Shown here in pieces: positions 1 to 13,720 of a DNA stretch of 64,000 bases. The position numbers were made by a program, and so were the translations under genes. How positions within the stretch are numbered: position 1 is the stretch's first letter; every line of letters begins with the position of its first letter. This stretch comes from Octopus vulgaris. Its lineage: Eukaryota. The notes under the pieces are model-generated. The model was not told the DNA's origin. It worked only from the letters and a program-made list of their open reading frames with translations, and made no database searches. The stretch lies in NCBI GenBank assembly GCA_951406725.2, contig OX597821.1:108066001-108130000 (forward strand), written 5' to 3'.

Positions 1-784
1 AGTTTGATTTTGTGTCAGAGACAAAAGCAGGCTTTTATAAACTTGTGTAAACTTCTGGTTCTTGTGAAAGTAGCCATATTGAAAGAGCTCACGCCACTCG
101 TCTGTCTTGTGTTGTCTGATGTTGTTAACGGAAATTATTATTGAGCTATCTCAATAGCGTTGTATGAGGTCTTCACAAGTGAAACTAGCTTGTAGACAAA
201 ATATAAAGATGTATGCATGTAAATGTGTATTTATGAATGTATGTATGTATGTATGTATGTATGTATATATATACGTCTGTATCTATGCACGTTTGTATGT
301 AGGTGCAGGTGCATGTATGTTTATATTTATGTATGTATACATAATATACACATACACAAAAAATCCAGACACACGTACACAAATACACTAATGCACACAC
401 AGGTACACATATATTTCTACACAAAAACACAGATCCATTTTACATACACAGAAACACACATCTATATATTCACACACACACACACATACACACACACACA
501 CATCTATACACTCATACACACGAAGACACAAACACAGACACATATATTGGTATGTCCGTGTGTATTTGTGTGTATGTGTGGCTGAGTGTGTGTACGTATA
601 TTTTGTAGTGTTGGTCACCCTATGAAAAACCATCAAAATATTCCCTAATGGAAAATCTCAATACATTTGGTAGAGTAGAATGCATTGATTATAGTAGACT
701 GGTTAAGATGTAAGTTACGTTTCTAAACAGCAAAATATTGTTGCTTGTATGTCATGGATTTTTTGTCTAATTTATATATATATA

Positions 785-1459
785 TGACCAAAAGTGACAG
801 GAAAAAACAAGGATGAGTCATTGGGAGCTTCCTTCCTCAGTCGCGTACTGGATTATCTTAGCGGTTTCGGCCGGTTACACTCGAGACTGCTCCAATGTGG
901 CCGGTCCCAAGCTAAGAGCAATACATTCATGGAAGAAAGCAAGCGAATGTATACGAAAACAAGGACGAAAAAAACGGAGAAATGGTAGACAATTGCAAAT
1001 ACAAACAACAGGTGTCTTTCGACTAAGGACGAATTAAATTAAACTGACGTGTGTGGAAGGCTTCACTTTCACACACGCCAGCTTAATATAATTTGTCGCT
1101 AGTCGAAAGACAGCTGTTCTTAATGTCCTGTTGCTTGTATTTGTAATTGTGTACCATTTATCCGGTTTATTTTTCGTCCTTGTTTTCGTATACATTTGCT
1201 TGCTTTCTTCCAAGGAATCTAGTGCTCTCAGCTTAGATTTTCTTGGGGACAGTCAGATTGGAGCAGTCTCCAGTGTAACCGGCCGAAACTGCTAATATAA
1301 TCTGGTACACGACTGAGGAAAGGAAGCTCCCAATGACCCATCCTTGTTTTTTCCTGTCCCTTTTTCGTATCCTCTAACTGTTCGGATGTTTTGTTGTCGC
1401 CTGTTACGTTCTTCCATTTTTGTTTTCTTTATATACATATATACGTATACTTTTGGTCA
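785..1459. mobile_element. Palindromic foldback/MITE-like element inserted in (TA)n
   Basis: Termini TGACCAAAAGT (785-795) and ACTTTTGGTCA (1449-1459) are reverse complements flanked by TA runs; 796-1060 pairs imperfectly with 1066-1358 around the centre GTGTGTGGAAG-gcttca-CTTTCACACAC. Confidence 0.75.
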
Positions 1460-1522
1460 TATATATATATATATATACTGTTACGTTCTTCCATTTGTTT
1501 GTTTCCTTACAAATATATATAT

Positions 1523-1619
<97 letters not shown>

Positions 1620-1974
1620 GAGAGAGAGGGAGAGAGAGAGAGACAGAGACAAACAGACAGACAGAGAGACAGAGCAAAAGAGCTTATATCTTTAGCTTGC
1701 TTCATTCATTAGATATTAATGTTGTCGCTAGAGATAATCTATAGAAATTCTACTCAACACTTATATTTCTACGACATTTCATATCCGAGACATCTCGAAA
1801 CAAAATCAGAGCTGACAATATGTTTCTGTAGAAAGTCAGTAGCGACAACTTAAAAAGCTAATGTGAAGCGCACTGCCTACACACTTGTACTCGGTATTGA
1901 CATATAAAAAAAAAATGATTAATACGCCTTATAGCATATTATGTTTGCATAACGAAATGCCGTGTACCTACAAG

Positions 1975-2395
1975 TCATTAATCATTCATTAGACTGCAGC
2001 CATGTTGGGGCACCGCCTTGAAGAGTTTTTTGTCGAATTAATCGACCGTAGTACTATTTTTTTTTAATGTCTGGCACTCATTCAAATCGGTTTCTTTGCA
2101 GGAACGCTAAGTGACGGGGACATGCTCACACCAACATCGATTGACAAGTCGTGATGGTGCACAAATACACACACACACACACGCGCGCGCGCACACACTT
2201 ATACAAACACACACTCATGTATATACGACGGGCTTCTATCGGATTCCGTCGACCTGTCAACCACATCTACTCACTAGGATTTTTTAGCCCGAGGCTATAG
2301 TAGAAGGCATACGTCCAAGTTATCACACAGTGGGACTGAACCCAGAACCACGTAGTTGAAAAACAAAGTACTTACGACGCAGCCACACCTACGCC
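1975..2395 (-). mobile_element. tRNA-derived SINE family A, diverged copy
   Basis: Aligns by eye along its length to the cleaner copies at 4437-4895 and 36722-37185. Confidence 0.8.
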
Positions 2396-2771
2396 CTATA
2401 TATATATATATATATACGTTTGTATGTGAATGTATGCATGTACGTATATATATATAGTGTGTGATATATCTAAAGAGAATGATGTTGAAAAGCCCAGCTG
2501 TTGGTTAGTGTGTTAAACGTATCATTATCTAACCATGCAAAAGCACGTTGGGAGGGATTAAGAATGGCGTCAGGTTGTAGAGAGGGTCACGAATAAGCAG
2601 ACATGTTTTCCTCTTCACTGGGAGTATCAAATCAAAGAATCAAAGACACTAAAAGCGTCAAAGAACATAAGAACATTCGAGAACAATTGTGTATGTGTGG
2701 TTAAATATGTGTATATGTATGTATGTGTGTGCGTGTGCGTGTATATATATATATGTATGTATACATATATG

Positions 2772-2816
<45 letters not shown>

Positions 2817-2923
2817 GCACATTAATATGTATACCTACTATATATATGTACATACATATGTGTGTATATATTTATATACATATCTACATATGCATACGCA
2901 CACGCACACATATACACATATAT

Positions 2924-2981
<58 letters not shown>

Positions 2982-2982
2982 A

Positions 2983-3025
<43 letters not shown>

Positions 3026-3548
3026 AAGTATATGCATTTCTATACACATATATATATAAAAACATACATACATATATATGCATATATATATATATACGCA
3101 TATATTATATGTATTTATGTATACAAGTATAACTATTAATGCACGTATATTATCGTATAAGTATGTGTGTAAATAAAATTTACACGTATATGTGTTTGTG
3201 TGACCGTGCGACTGTGTGTATGCATGTCGGTATGTCTCTATGTGTTTGTATGTATGTATGTATGCATGCATGCATGCATATATGTATGTGTGTGTGTATG
3301 TTGCTGAGTTATTCAGTGCCAGTGTGGCATACATATGGTGTGTCATTAACGTCTAGTGTTTGTAGATTAATCCCGGTTATCAGTCAGGCCCGACGTAAAC
3401 AAACACGCAAACAAACGGTGGACGTTATTTACAGCAAGAGAAAACAGATGTGAAGTACTGTATGTAGATATGTGGGTACGTATGTATGTTTGTATCTGTA
3501 TATGTATATACGTATGTATGTATGTATGTATGTATGTATGTATGTATG

Positions 3549-3579
<31 letters not shown>

Positions 3580-4436
3580 GTATGTATGTATGTCTTTGTA
3601 TGTATGTACGTATGTATGCATGTATGTGTATGTATGTGTATATGTATGTATGTGTCTTTGTATGTACGTATGTATGCATGTGTATGTTTGTATCTGAATA
3701 TGTATGTATGTCTTTGTATGTACGTATGTATGCATGCATGTGTATGTATGTGTATATGTATGTGTCTTTGTATGTACGTATGTATTCATGTGTATGTTTG
3801 TATCTGAATATGTATGTATATATATATGTATGTCTTTGTATGTATGTTTGTGTCTGTATATGTATGTATTTATGTATGTATCTATGTATGTATCTATGTA
3901 TGTATCTATGTATGTATCTATGTAAGCCTGTATATGTATGTATCTATATATGAATGGATGTATATATGTATCTACATTTGTATGTATGCATGTATGTACG
4001 TATGTATGCATGTATATGTATGTATGACCGGATGGTTGGATACGTTGTGTTCGGATGTGTATGCTTACATGAGTATATGCATGTATTTAACGTAAGTATG
4101 TATGTGAGATCGCATGGTGTAGTGGTTAGGGTGTGGCACGCAAGATCGCAAGACCGTGGGTTCGATTCCCAGACCGAGCAGTACATCGTCTTCATTAACA
4201 AAGCACTTCATCTCACGTTGCTTTCTGCCATCTTTTCGACCCCTGTCACATGGCACAACGCGCACATGTTTAGACAACATTGATTACATGGAGTAATTAT
4301 AGCATTCTCTGTATCCCCCTCTCTCTCTCTTTATTTATCTCTTTCTCTCTTTCTTTTTCTCTTTCTCCCTTTCTCTTTCTTTCACTCGTTCTCTCTCTAA
4401 CAGCTGATCGAATCGTTAGCGGGTCGGACAAAATGC

Positions 4437-4662
4437 TTACTCTTTTACTCTTTTACTTGTTTTAGTCATTTGACTGCGGCCATGCTGGAGCACCACCTTT
4501 AGTCGAGCAAATTGACCCCAGAACTTATCTTTGTAAGCCTACCACTTTTCTATCGGACTCTTTCGCCAAGCCGCTAAGTTACCTGGATGTAAACACACCG
4601 GCATCGGTTATCAAGCGATGTTGGGGGACAAACAGAGACGCACAAACATATACACATGCACA

Positions 4663-4715
<53 letters not shown>

Positions 4716-4895
4716 GTATATATATATATATACGACGGGCTTCTTTCAATTTCCGTCTACCAAATCCACTCACAAGGCTTAGGTCGACCCGAGGCTATAG
4801 TGGAAGACACTTGCCCAAGGTGCCATGCAGTGGGACTGAACCCGGAACCATGTTCTTGGTAAGCAAGCTACTTACCACACTGCCACTCCTGCGCC
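4437..4895 (-). mobile_element. tRNA-derived SINE family A, full length
   Basis: Minus strand: GGCGCAGGAGTGGCAGTGTGG A-box region, GGTTCAGTCCC B-box, CCTTGGGCAAGT CORE-like motif, internal (TA)n(TG)n, tail (GTAAAAGA)n. Confidence 0.85.
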
Positions 4896-5055
4896 TTTTT
4901 ATTTCCAGTTTTTTACGCTCTGAGTTCATATACCAAAGAGATCGCCTTTGCTTATTTTCCTTTCAGCATCGTTAAGAAAGAAGTAAGTCATATACGAGGT
5001 GGGGGGTGAAGTTGATGTAATGTTTTTGCTAAAGTTTGAAGCAGTATTATTATTT

Positions 5056-5200
5056 TGGCGGTGAGCTGGCAGAATCGTTAGCACACCAGACGAAATACTT
5101 AGCGGCATTTCTTTCGGCCCTTTACGTTCTCAGTTCAAAATCCGACGAGGTCAACATCGCTTTCATCGTTTCAGAAACGATAAAATAAGTACCAGTTGAG
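5056..5200 (+). mobile_element. tRNA-derived SINE family B, 5' part
   Basis: GGCGGTGAGCTGGCAGAATCGTTAGC head and CTTTCATC...GATAAAATAAGTACCAG core, shared with 10410-10632 and 49293-49536. Confidence 0.75.
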
Positions 5201-5254
5201 CAAAAGAAATAGGGAAAAAAAATCTGAATGATCAAAAGTAATAATAATAATAAT

Positions 5255-5298
<44 letters not shown>

Positions 5299-5341
5299 TA
5301 ACAACAACAACAGTAACAATAATAATGATGATGATGATGAC

Positions 5342-5384
<43 letters not shown>

Positions 5385-5544
5385 GTTATGATGATGATAA
5401 CAATAATAATAATATGAAAATTTCAGTCCTTGTCTCTAATAATAGAGAAAAATTATTATTTTTCTTGTAGTTGATGTTATTATTTTTATTCGTATTGTTG
5501 TTATTGTTGTGGTTGTCTTCTTCGTATTATGATCACTATTATTG

Positions 5545-6005
5545 AGAGAGAGAACAGTGCATACCATCAAAGTGACACTGGGGTACAAATATACGAAACT
5601 CAATATACCCATCATGACTACCCGTCTGATAAGAGTACACCAGGCACATGCATCACAACCATATGTGCGTGAAATGGTGATCTCATATCAAGATAAATAG
5701 CGCATGACCTTTCAGATAGAGCACAATTATGATTTTTTTCAGGACAGGAAGCTCATCCCGCTCAAAAGGTCCTTGAATTAGGTTTGTTTAAGGACGGCGA
5801 ACAAAACACCCATGTTACCAGACGTGAATTATTCAAACCCCAAAGAATTCTTCTCAACGCATGGCTATGATGATCCCCCACTACTTCTGCTCGTCATCAG
5901 AGATGCACATATCGTCAGCCACTAAAGGACATGCTCAACCGGTTAAGGTCAAACGGCTGACAAGCAAATCTCTAGTATTGCGCAGAATATTTGCTGTAGT
6001 TCATC
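5545..6005. repeat. Unclassified interspersed repeat
   Basis: About 5810-5915 recurs in inverted orientation at about 7602-7710 (ACTACTTCTGCTCGT..TCAGAGATGCACATATCG). Confidence 0.6.
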
Positions 6006-6009
6006 CTTT

Positions 6010-6315
6010 ATGAACAATTTCGAGAGAGGTGTTAAGGCTAGGCAAAAGAGGAGTGGTGATAGTGAGTCACCCTGGAAAATGCCACATGAAATTCTTACAT
6101 CTCCAGCATTGAGAGATTCATTGTCACTGTTCAAAGTCAGAGTCGGTCTCCATGATCTCATATTTATAGATAAGAAGTTTCACAGAGTAGGTGTTATTTT
6201 ATACATTTCCAGACATTTCTTAATCCACCTATGTGCTAGACTATCAAAAGCTTTTTTATAGTCTATCCAGGTTATCGACAAGTTTTTGTGTCGTTTGTGA
6301 CAATCTTTCCAGATC
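6010..6315 (-). pseudogene. Reverse transcriptase fragment of an R4/Dong-like non-LTR retrotransposon
   Basis: Translates to WIDYKKAFDS...GIFQGDSLSPLLFCLALTPLS with an in-frame stop between the motifs. Confidence 0.8.
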
Positions 6316-6403
6316 GTATGATTATTAAACAAAGTACAGGATAACACTTCCCATCAGTTAAGATGAGAAGCCACGAAAGCCACTGCCTGGTACTACATCA
6401 GGG

Positions 6404-7112
<709 letters not shown>

Positions 7113-8200
7113 TTTTGATCATTCAGATTTTTTTCCTTATTTCTTTTGTTGTCTGTTCTGTCCCTGCTTGAAACCTCTCATCAACGTTTAACAAACATCT
7201 CATTAGCTTCGAGCTATACTTTATTAATTTTATACTCCAATTAATTCAAGAAGCAGCCCTGAAGGAGACCAGTTCTGCCTGTTATCTTTCCATATAATCA
7301 ACAGCCATCTTTTATACAACTAATAACAGCTACAACGAGAGCCATTGAAAAATATAAACTGAAAAACAAAATTTAATATGCATAAATAAATATATATATA
7401 TGTGTACGTAATATATGGATAATACAAAGTGGCCAATGTGGCCTTGATTGTGTAGTAAGAAGCTTGCTCCCAAAGCCATGGTGCCGAGTTCAATCCTAAT
7501 GCATGGAACCTTGTGTAAGTTTCTTGTGCTACAGCCGCAGGCAGAAAAATGATTAGTGAGAGGAAACTGAGAGAAGCCTGTCATATATATACCATATATA
7601 TCACGATATGTGCATCTCTGATCACGAGCAGAAGTAGTGGGGCAGCATCATAGCCGTGTGTTGAAAGGAATTCTTAGAGGTTTAGATAATTCATCTTTGG
7701 AAAGATGGGTTTCCGTCTGCAAAATTCCCTCAAGAGGCCTTGTTAGGCCCGGACGCTGAAATACAAGTCACTTGCCCAAGGTGCCATGCAATGGAGTTTA
7801 ATGACCACACAGTCATGCCTCTGTATGTACGCATACACATATACATACATACATACATACATACATACATACATACACACACATATATCCATCCTTGCAT
7901 ACACACATGCATACATCCATACATATGCACATACATTTATACGTACGTATACATACATACATGAATGCATACATACATATATACATACATATTTACTTAC
8001 TTACATACATACATACATACATGTATGAGTGAGTACATACTATTGCAGAAACAGCTGTTAGCTAATGACGTTCATAAGATAACCACTTATTCCTTTGTCA
8101 TCACTCTTTTTATTACCGCTCTATACTCGATTAACGCTTCTTTCTGAAGCAAAAGTATAAGCCCCACACCAGGTTATTAGTATCGTAATGCCAAAACGAA

Positions 8201-8258
<58 letters not shown>

Positions 8259-8318
8259 TTCTCTCTTTTACCCCTCTCTCTGACTCTCTGTGTCTCCCTC
8301 TCTCTCTCTTTCTCTCAA

Positions 8319-8380
<62 letters not shown>

Positions 8381-8381
<1 letters not shown>

Positions 8382-8456
8382 TTTATTTAAAAGCAGCAGA
8401 AATATAACAAAAGGTGTTACTTAGAGTTTCACGCTCCCATTCGTCGAACAGTTTTG
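8381..8456 (-). repeat. Decayed copy of the hammerhead-bearing repeat at 53493-53714
   Basis: CTTTATTTAAAAGCAGCAGAAA...TGTTACTTAGAGTTTCACG...ACAGTTTT aligns with 53493-53567; both follow a (TA)n run. Confidence 0.7.
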
Positions 8457-8619
8457 TTAAAATATACGACGGGCTTCTTTCAGTTTCCATCTCCCAGATC
8501 CACTCTCAAAGCTTTGGTCGGCCGAAGGATATAGCAGAAGACACTTGGCCAAGGTACTACGTAGTGGAAAAGATTTCTCAACCATATGTTTGGGAAACAA
8601 GCTTTTTACCATACAGCCG

Positions 8620-8654
<35 letters not shown>

Positions 8655-8723
8655 GCACGCGCGCGCACACAAATATATATACACACACATGTATAAATGT
8701 ATACACTTGTGTGCTTTTACATG

Positions 8724-8766
<43 letters not shown>

Positions 8767-8777
8767 GTGTGTGTATA

Positions 8778-9630
8778 CAAGATGCAATGGGCAAATTGTC
8801 ACCATTCTATATTTTTAATTTCGCTCATAAGCATTGTTTGATTTTGATTTCGTCGACTACACAGTATAGTAGAGTCAGTTGGGTACCGCCTGTGAGAAAA
8901 ACAGCACGATGACGTCATTCACTCTGCTGCAAATTTGGAAAAGGCATGTTGTGTTACTTGGCATTCGCGCCGGAAGCTTCAATATGGACATTTCAAAGTG
9001 TTTGTTTGTCAATCTCAGGATAGTACAATCCGAGGACATGTCCCGAGAGTGATCAAAATAAAAAAAAACCCAGTAAACATCTTGGTGTTTGGAGTGATCA
9101 CTAGTAATGGTCTCAAACTCAGTACGAAGGCCTACATCAAGTGCCTACAAGTGATGCCGGGGATTACGAGGATGGCTGTTGGAAGATCCCATGTCTGCCA
9201 ACAGGACTCTGCACCATCCCACAGAAGCAGGAGAACCTAGTCATGAGTGCCAGATAATTTCTGCGACCACATCACTCCCAAATTCTGGTTACCTAACTCC
9301 TCAGACTGCAAACCCCTTGAATTTTATGTGTGGGGTGCAGTTGAGCGGGAGACCAACAAAACTCTTTGTAACACTAAAGATGAACTGAAGGCAAGGATTA
9401 TGGCAGTATTCACCAACTTAAACAAGGTGACCGTCCAGAAGAGTTGCAGAAAATTCTAACGCCTTCTGGAGGCCGTGGTTGAAGCCAATGGCGACTTTAT
9501 TGAATAAATTCACTCTTTAGTATTTCAAGATATTTTTATGTAATTTTGGTAAATATGTCTGTTACAATGAGCTGCCGGTGTTATTTTCATTTTTGCGTAA
9601 TTTAGACGACAGTTTATTTACCGCACCCAG
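8778..9630 (+). mobile_element. Internally deleted Tc1/mariner-superfamily element, DD37-type (maT-like)
   Basis: QQDSAPSH...WLPNSSDCKPLEFYVWG with 37 residues between the catalytic D and the final acidic residue; C-terminus LEAVVEANGDFIE*; degenerate TIRs flanked by TA; several stops. Confidence 0.8.
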
Positions 9631-9631
9631 T

Positions 9632-9714
<83 letters not shown>

Positions 9715-9722
9715 TGTGTGTG

Positions 9723-9764
<42 letters not shown>

Positions 9765-10409
9765 GCGTGTGTGTGTATATATGTATATGTATGCTCACAC
9801 ACACAAACACACACACGCACACACACACACAAACACACACACACACTCACACGCGGAGTGTTATCGCTGAACTTGTTTCTTCGTGTCAAATGAAAAAACA
9901 AAACAAAAATAAAAAATAAAACAGAAGAGATATTAAACAATACTCTTTCAACCCCCCTTCCCCTACTTCTTCCCCCCTGCTCGTTATAATTTGTGCGTCA
10001 CGCCCATTGCAGGTTTTACACCTACCCCCCCTCTACCCCCACACACGCACACACACACATGCACGCACACGCGCACACACACACACACACACACACACAA
10101 CCCCAGGTCTATCAGTAGCACCACACGTACACCTACTCCGCCTCTTATCCAGCCATGAAATTGTAACAATAACATGGCGAATGATAATTGGACAATAACG
10201 AAGCGAGTCAACGAGAACACGGAACAAAAAATAAAAAAATAAAATAAAAGAAATAAAACAAAAAGGAAAAAAATATTTAAAAAAAATAATAATTAGAAAT
10301 AAAAAAATAAAAGTATGAAATATAAATATACATATATAAATATAAAATAAGGATGGAGGAAAGACAAGATGGAAGCATAAATGGAGAGAAAAGTATCGTG
10401 ATACGAGAA

Positions 10410-10632
10410 AGAAGAATATGGCGGCGAGTTGGTAGAATGGTTAGCACGCCGAACAAAATGTTTAGCGGTATTTTGTTCGACTTTACGTTCTGAGTTCAAT
10501 TTCTGCCGAGGTTGATGTTTTCCTTCCACCCTTTCGCGGTCGATGGGGCAAACTGTCAGCTGAGCACTGGAATCGATGTAATCGAATAGCCCCACTCCAC
10601 CAGATTTTAGTCCTCATCCCTACAATAGAAAT
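10410..10632 (+). mobile_element. SINE family B, diverged copy
   Basis: GGCGGCGAGTTGGTAGAATGGTTAGCACG head and GAGTTCAAT B-box. Confidence 0.75.
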
Positions 10633-10634
10633 TA

Positions 10635-10693
<59 letters not shown>

Positions 10694-10696
<3 letters not shown>

Positions 10697-11700
10697 TAGT
10701 TTTATTTTTATAGCGTGCTTTCACTTCACTACCGAGCGCAGCTCTGTGTGCCTTGGGTATGTGCTGTGATTTGTTGTGATGCTCTGATGGTTATTGTATG
10801 GAAAGTGTTCTGCATAGGATGTGTGCAGTGCCTAGTAGTGCAATTTTCTGTATGTTATATGTGTTTGTAAGTCCTGGTGTTTTTGTTATGTATTTGTCTG
10901 AATATTTTTTTATCATGCCTAATGCACCTACTATGATAGGAATTGTTTCTGTTTTCAGATTCCACATTCTAGTTACCTCTATTTCCAGGTCTTTGTATTT
11001 TGAGAGTTTCTCCATTTCTTTTAGAGACACGTTGTCATCAGCCGGTATTGATACATCAATTAGAAAGCATTTTTTTCTTCATGGTCTCTGACAACTATAT
11101 CTGGACTGTTGGCCTTAATTTCTCTATCTGTGTGTATCGGCATATCCTAGAGTATGGTTGCTTTCTCGTTTTCTGTGACCTTTTCTGGTGTGTGCCTATA
11201 CCATCTTTTTTCTGTTGTTATTCCATAATGTTGGCATAGCTTCCAATGTATGTAAGTTCCAACTCTGTCATGTCTGTGAATATATTCCTTCTTAGCCAGG
11301 ACTGGGCAGCTAGAGATAATATGATTTATTGTTTCTTGTCCATCTCCACATATTCTGCAGTTACTTGTAATATTTCTTTTCATTACATGTTTTTGGTAAT
11401 TTCTGGTGGGGAGGCTTTGGTCTTGTGCTGCAATTAAAAATCCCTCTGTTTCTGCTTTGAGTCCTGAGCTTCTCAACCATTGCTGGGATTTTTCTTTGTC
11501 TATTTCTTTTGCGTTTAGTTTAGTGCAGTATTTACCATGAAGGGGCTTTTCTTGCCATCGTTTTATCATGGTTCGTTGCTGTTCTATTTTTAGTTTGGAT
11601 TTCATTTGTTTTATAGCTTTTGTTGTTTCTTCATCTTCTTCTTCTTCTTCATGTTTATTAGGTGGTATGATTTCTTGTTTGTATTTGTCAGCTTCCTTAA
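10694..11700 (-). mobile_element. 5'-truncated R4/Dong-like RLE retrotransposon, copy 1
   Basis: AAQDQ, CCHC knuckle CRICGDGQETINHIISSC, RHD, PDIV and KLSKYKDL endonuclease motifs; (TAA)n on both sides; premature TAG. Confidence 0.9.
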
Positions 11701-11775
<75 letters not shown>

Positions 11776-11797
11776 GTTGTTGTTGTTGTTGTTGTTG

Positions 11798-11862
<65 letters not shown>

Positions 11863-11865
11863 GTT

Positions 11866-12790
11866 CAGTAGTTTTATTTTTATAGCGTGCTTTCACTTCA
11901 CTACCGAGCGCAGCTCTGTGTGCCTTGGGTATGTGCTGTGATTTGTTGTGATGCTCTGATGGTTATTGTATGAAAAGTGTTCTGCGTAGGATGTGTGCAG
12001 TGCCTAGTAGTGCAATTTTCTGTATGTTATATGTGTTTGTAAGTCCTGGTGTTTTTGTTATGTATTTGTCTGAATATTTTTTTATCATGCCTAATGCACC
12101 TACTATGATAGGAATTGTTTCTGTTTTCAGGTTCCACATTCTAGTTATCTCTATTTCCAGGTCTTTGTATTTTGAGAGTTTCTCCATTTCTTTTAGAGAC
12201 ACGTTGTCATCTGCCGGTATTGATACATCAATTAGAAAGCATTTTTTTCTTCATGATCTCTGACAACTATATCTGGTCTGTTGGCCTTAATTTCTCTATC
12301 TGTGTGTATCGGCATATCCCAGAGTATGGTTGCTTTCTCGTTTTCTGTGACCTTTTCTGGTGTGTGCCTATACCATCTTTTTTCTGTTGTTATTCCATAA
12401 TGTTGGCATAGCTTCCAATGTATGTAGGTTCCAACTCTGTCATGTCTGTGAATATATTCCTTCTTAGCCAGGACTGGGCAGCTAGAGATAATATGATTTA
12501 TTGTTTCTTGTCCATCTCCACATATTCTGCAGTTACTTGTAATATTTCTTTTCATTACATGTTTTTGGTAATTTCTGGTGGGGAGGCTTTGGTCTTGTGC
12601 TGCAATTAAAAATCCCTCTGTTTCTGCTTTGAGTCCTGAGCTTCTCAACCATTGCTGGGATTTTCTTTGTCTATTTCTTTTGCGTTTAGTTTAGTGCAGT
12701 ATTTACCATGAAGGGGCTTTTCTTGCCATCGTTTTATCATGGCTCGTTGCTGTTCTATTTTTAGTTTGGATTTCATTTGTTTTGTAGCTT
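11866..12790 (-). mobile_element. 5'-truncated R4/Dong-like RLE retrotransposon, copy 2
   Basis: Near-identical to copy 1, head-to-tail with it, 3' end running into (TAA)n. Confidence 0.9.
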
Positions 12791-13405
12791 GTTTGGGGCT
12801 TTGATCAACTTGGATCAGAGTAAAGCCTTCGATAGGGTCGACCATCGGTATCTGGCAGCTGTCCTCAAGGCAGCTGGCTTCGGTCCAGTGTTCCGCAGGT
12901 GGATAGTTGCTTTATACAGCAACATCTGCTCGGTGATACGGGTGAACGGTCACCTTTCGGAACCGTTCGACATCTCGCGTTCGGTCCGCCAAGGATGCCC
13001 TCTCTCCTCCCTCTTGTACATATTGACTCTCGAGCCATTACTGCGCAAGTTGGAGGCTTTGAGGGGTATCCCGCGCGATCTAGGAGGCGGAAGCAGCGTG
13101 TCTGCCTATGCCGACGACGTCACCGTGATGGTGTCGAGCCACAGGCACATTGGCCTGATTGGCGAGACACTAAATCAGTACGAAGCGGTGACAGGGGCAA
13201 AGATTAACGCGGAAACGTCTGTGGGCTTGCAACTGGGCACCTGGAGAGGCAAGCCCATGCCGTCCAACAGCGTCGTAGGGCGCTGGACAGACGGACCCGT
13301 TAAACTGCTCGGGGTCTGGTTCGGTCCGGACCTCCAGGTGGATAAAAACTGGGAAGAGGTGACGAGCAGGGTGGCACGTCTCACCCAGAAATGGGCGGAG
13401 ACGTG
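12791..13405 (+). pseudogene. Internal RT fragment of a Tx1/L1-clade LINE
   Basis: About 205 uninterrupted codons with LDQSKAFDRVDH, SVRQGCPLS, AYADDVT and KLLGVWF; markedly GC-richer than its flanks. Confidence 0.85.
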
Positions 13406-13409
13406 AAGG

Positions 13410-13459
13410 AGGAGGAAGAGAAGAAGAAGAAGAAGAAGAAGAAGAAGAAGAAGAAGAAG

Positions 13460-13491
<32 letters not shown>

Positions 13492-13720
13492 GTAGTAGAA
13501 GAAGAAGAAGAAGAAGAAGAAGAAGAAGAAGAAGAAGAAGAAGAAGAAGAAGAAGAAGAAGAAGAAGAAGAAGAAGAAAATACCTTAGGAATGAGAACCC
13601 TGGTTCGAAATTTCCCCAAGACACCTGATAAAGGCTGGAAGTATATCAGCCAAAATGTTGTGTTAACAACAAGCAAGATGAGGACAAATATCCGTCAAAT
13701 GTAAATAATGCAAATAATGT
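13410..13720 (+). mobile_element. Headless second copy of the tRNA/hammerhead element: (GAA)n, body, decayed hammerhead and tail
   Basis: 13578-13702 is the reverse complement of about 45187-45313; core mutated to CTGATAA...CAAAATG while stem II GGCTG/CAGCC and stem I GACAC/GTGTT remain intact. Confidence 0.8.

Noticed and set aside
1278-1325. Type II hammerhead in the foldback arm (CCGAAA...CTGAGGA)
   Set aside because: No credible stem I, and stem II has only about 2 bp.
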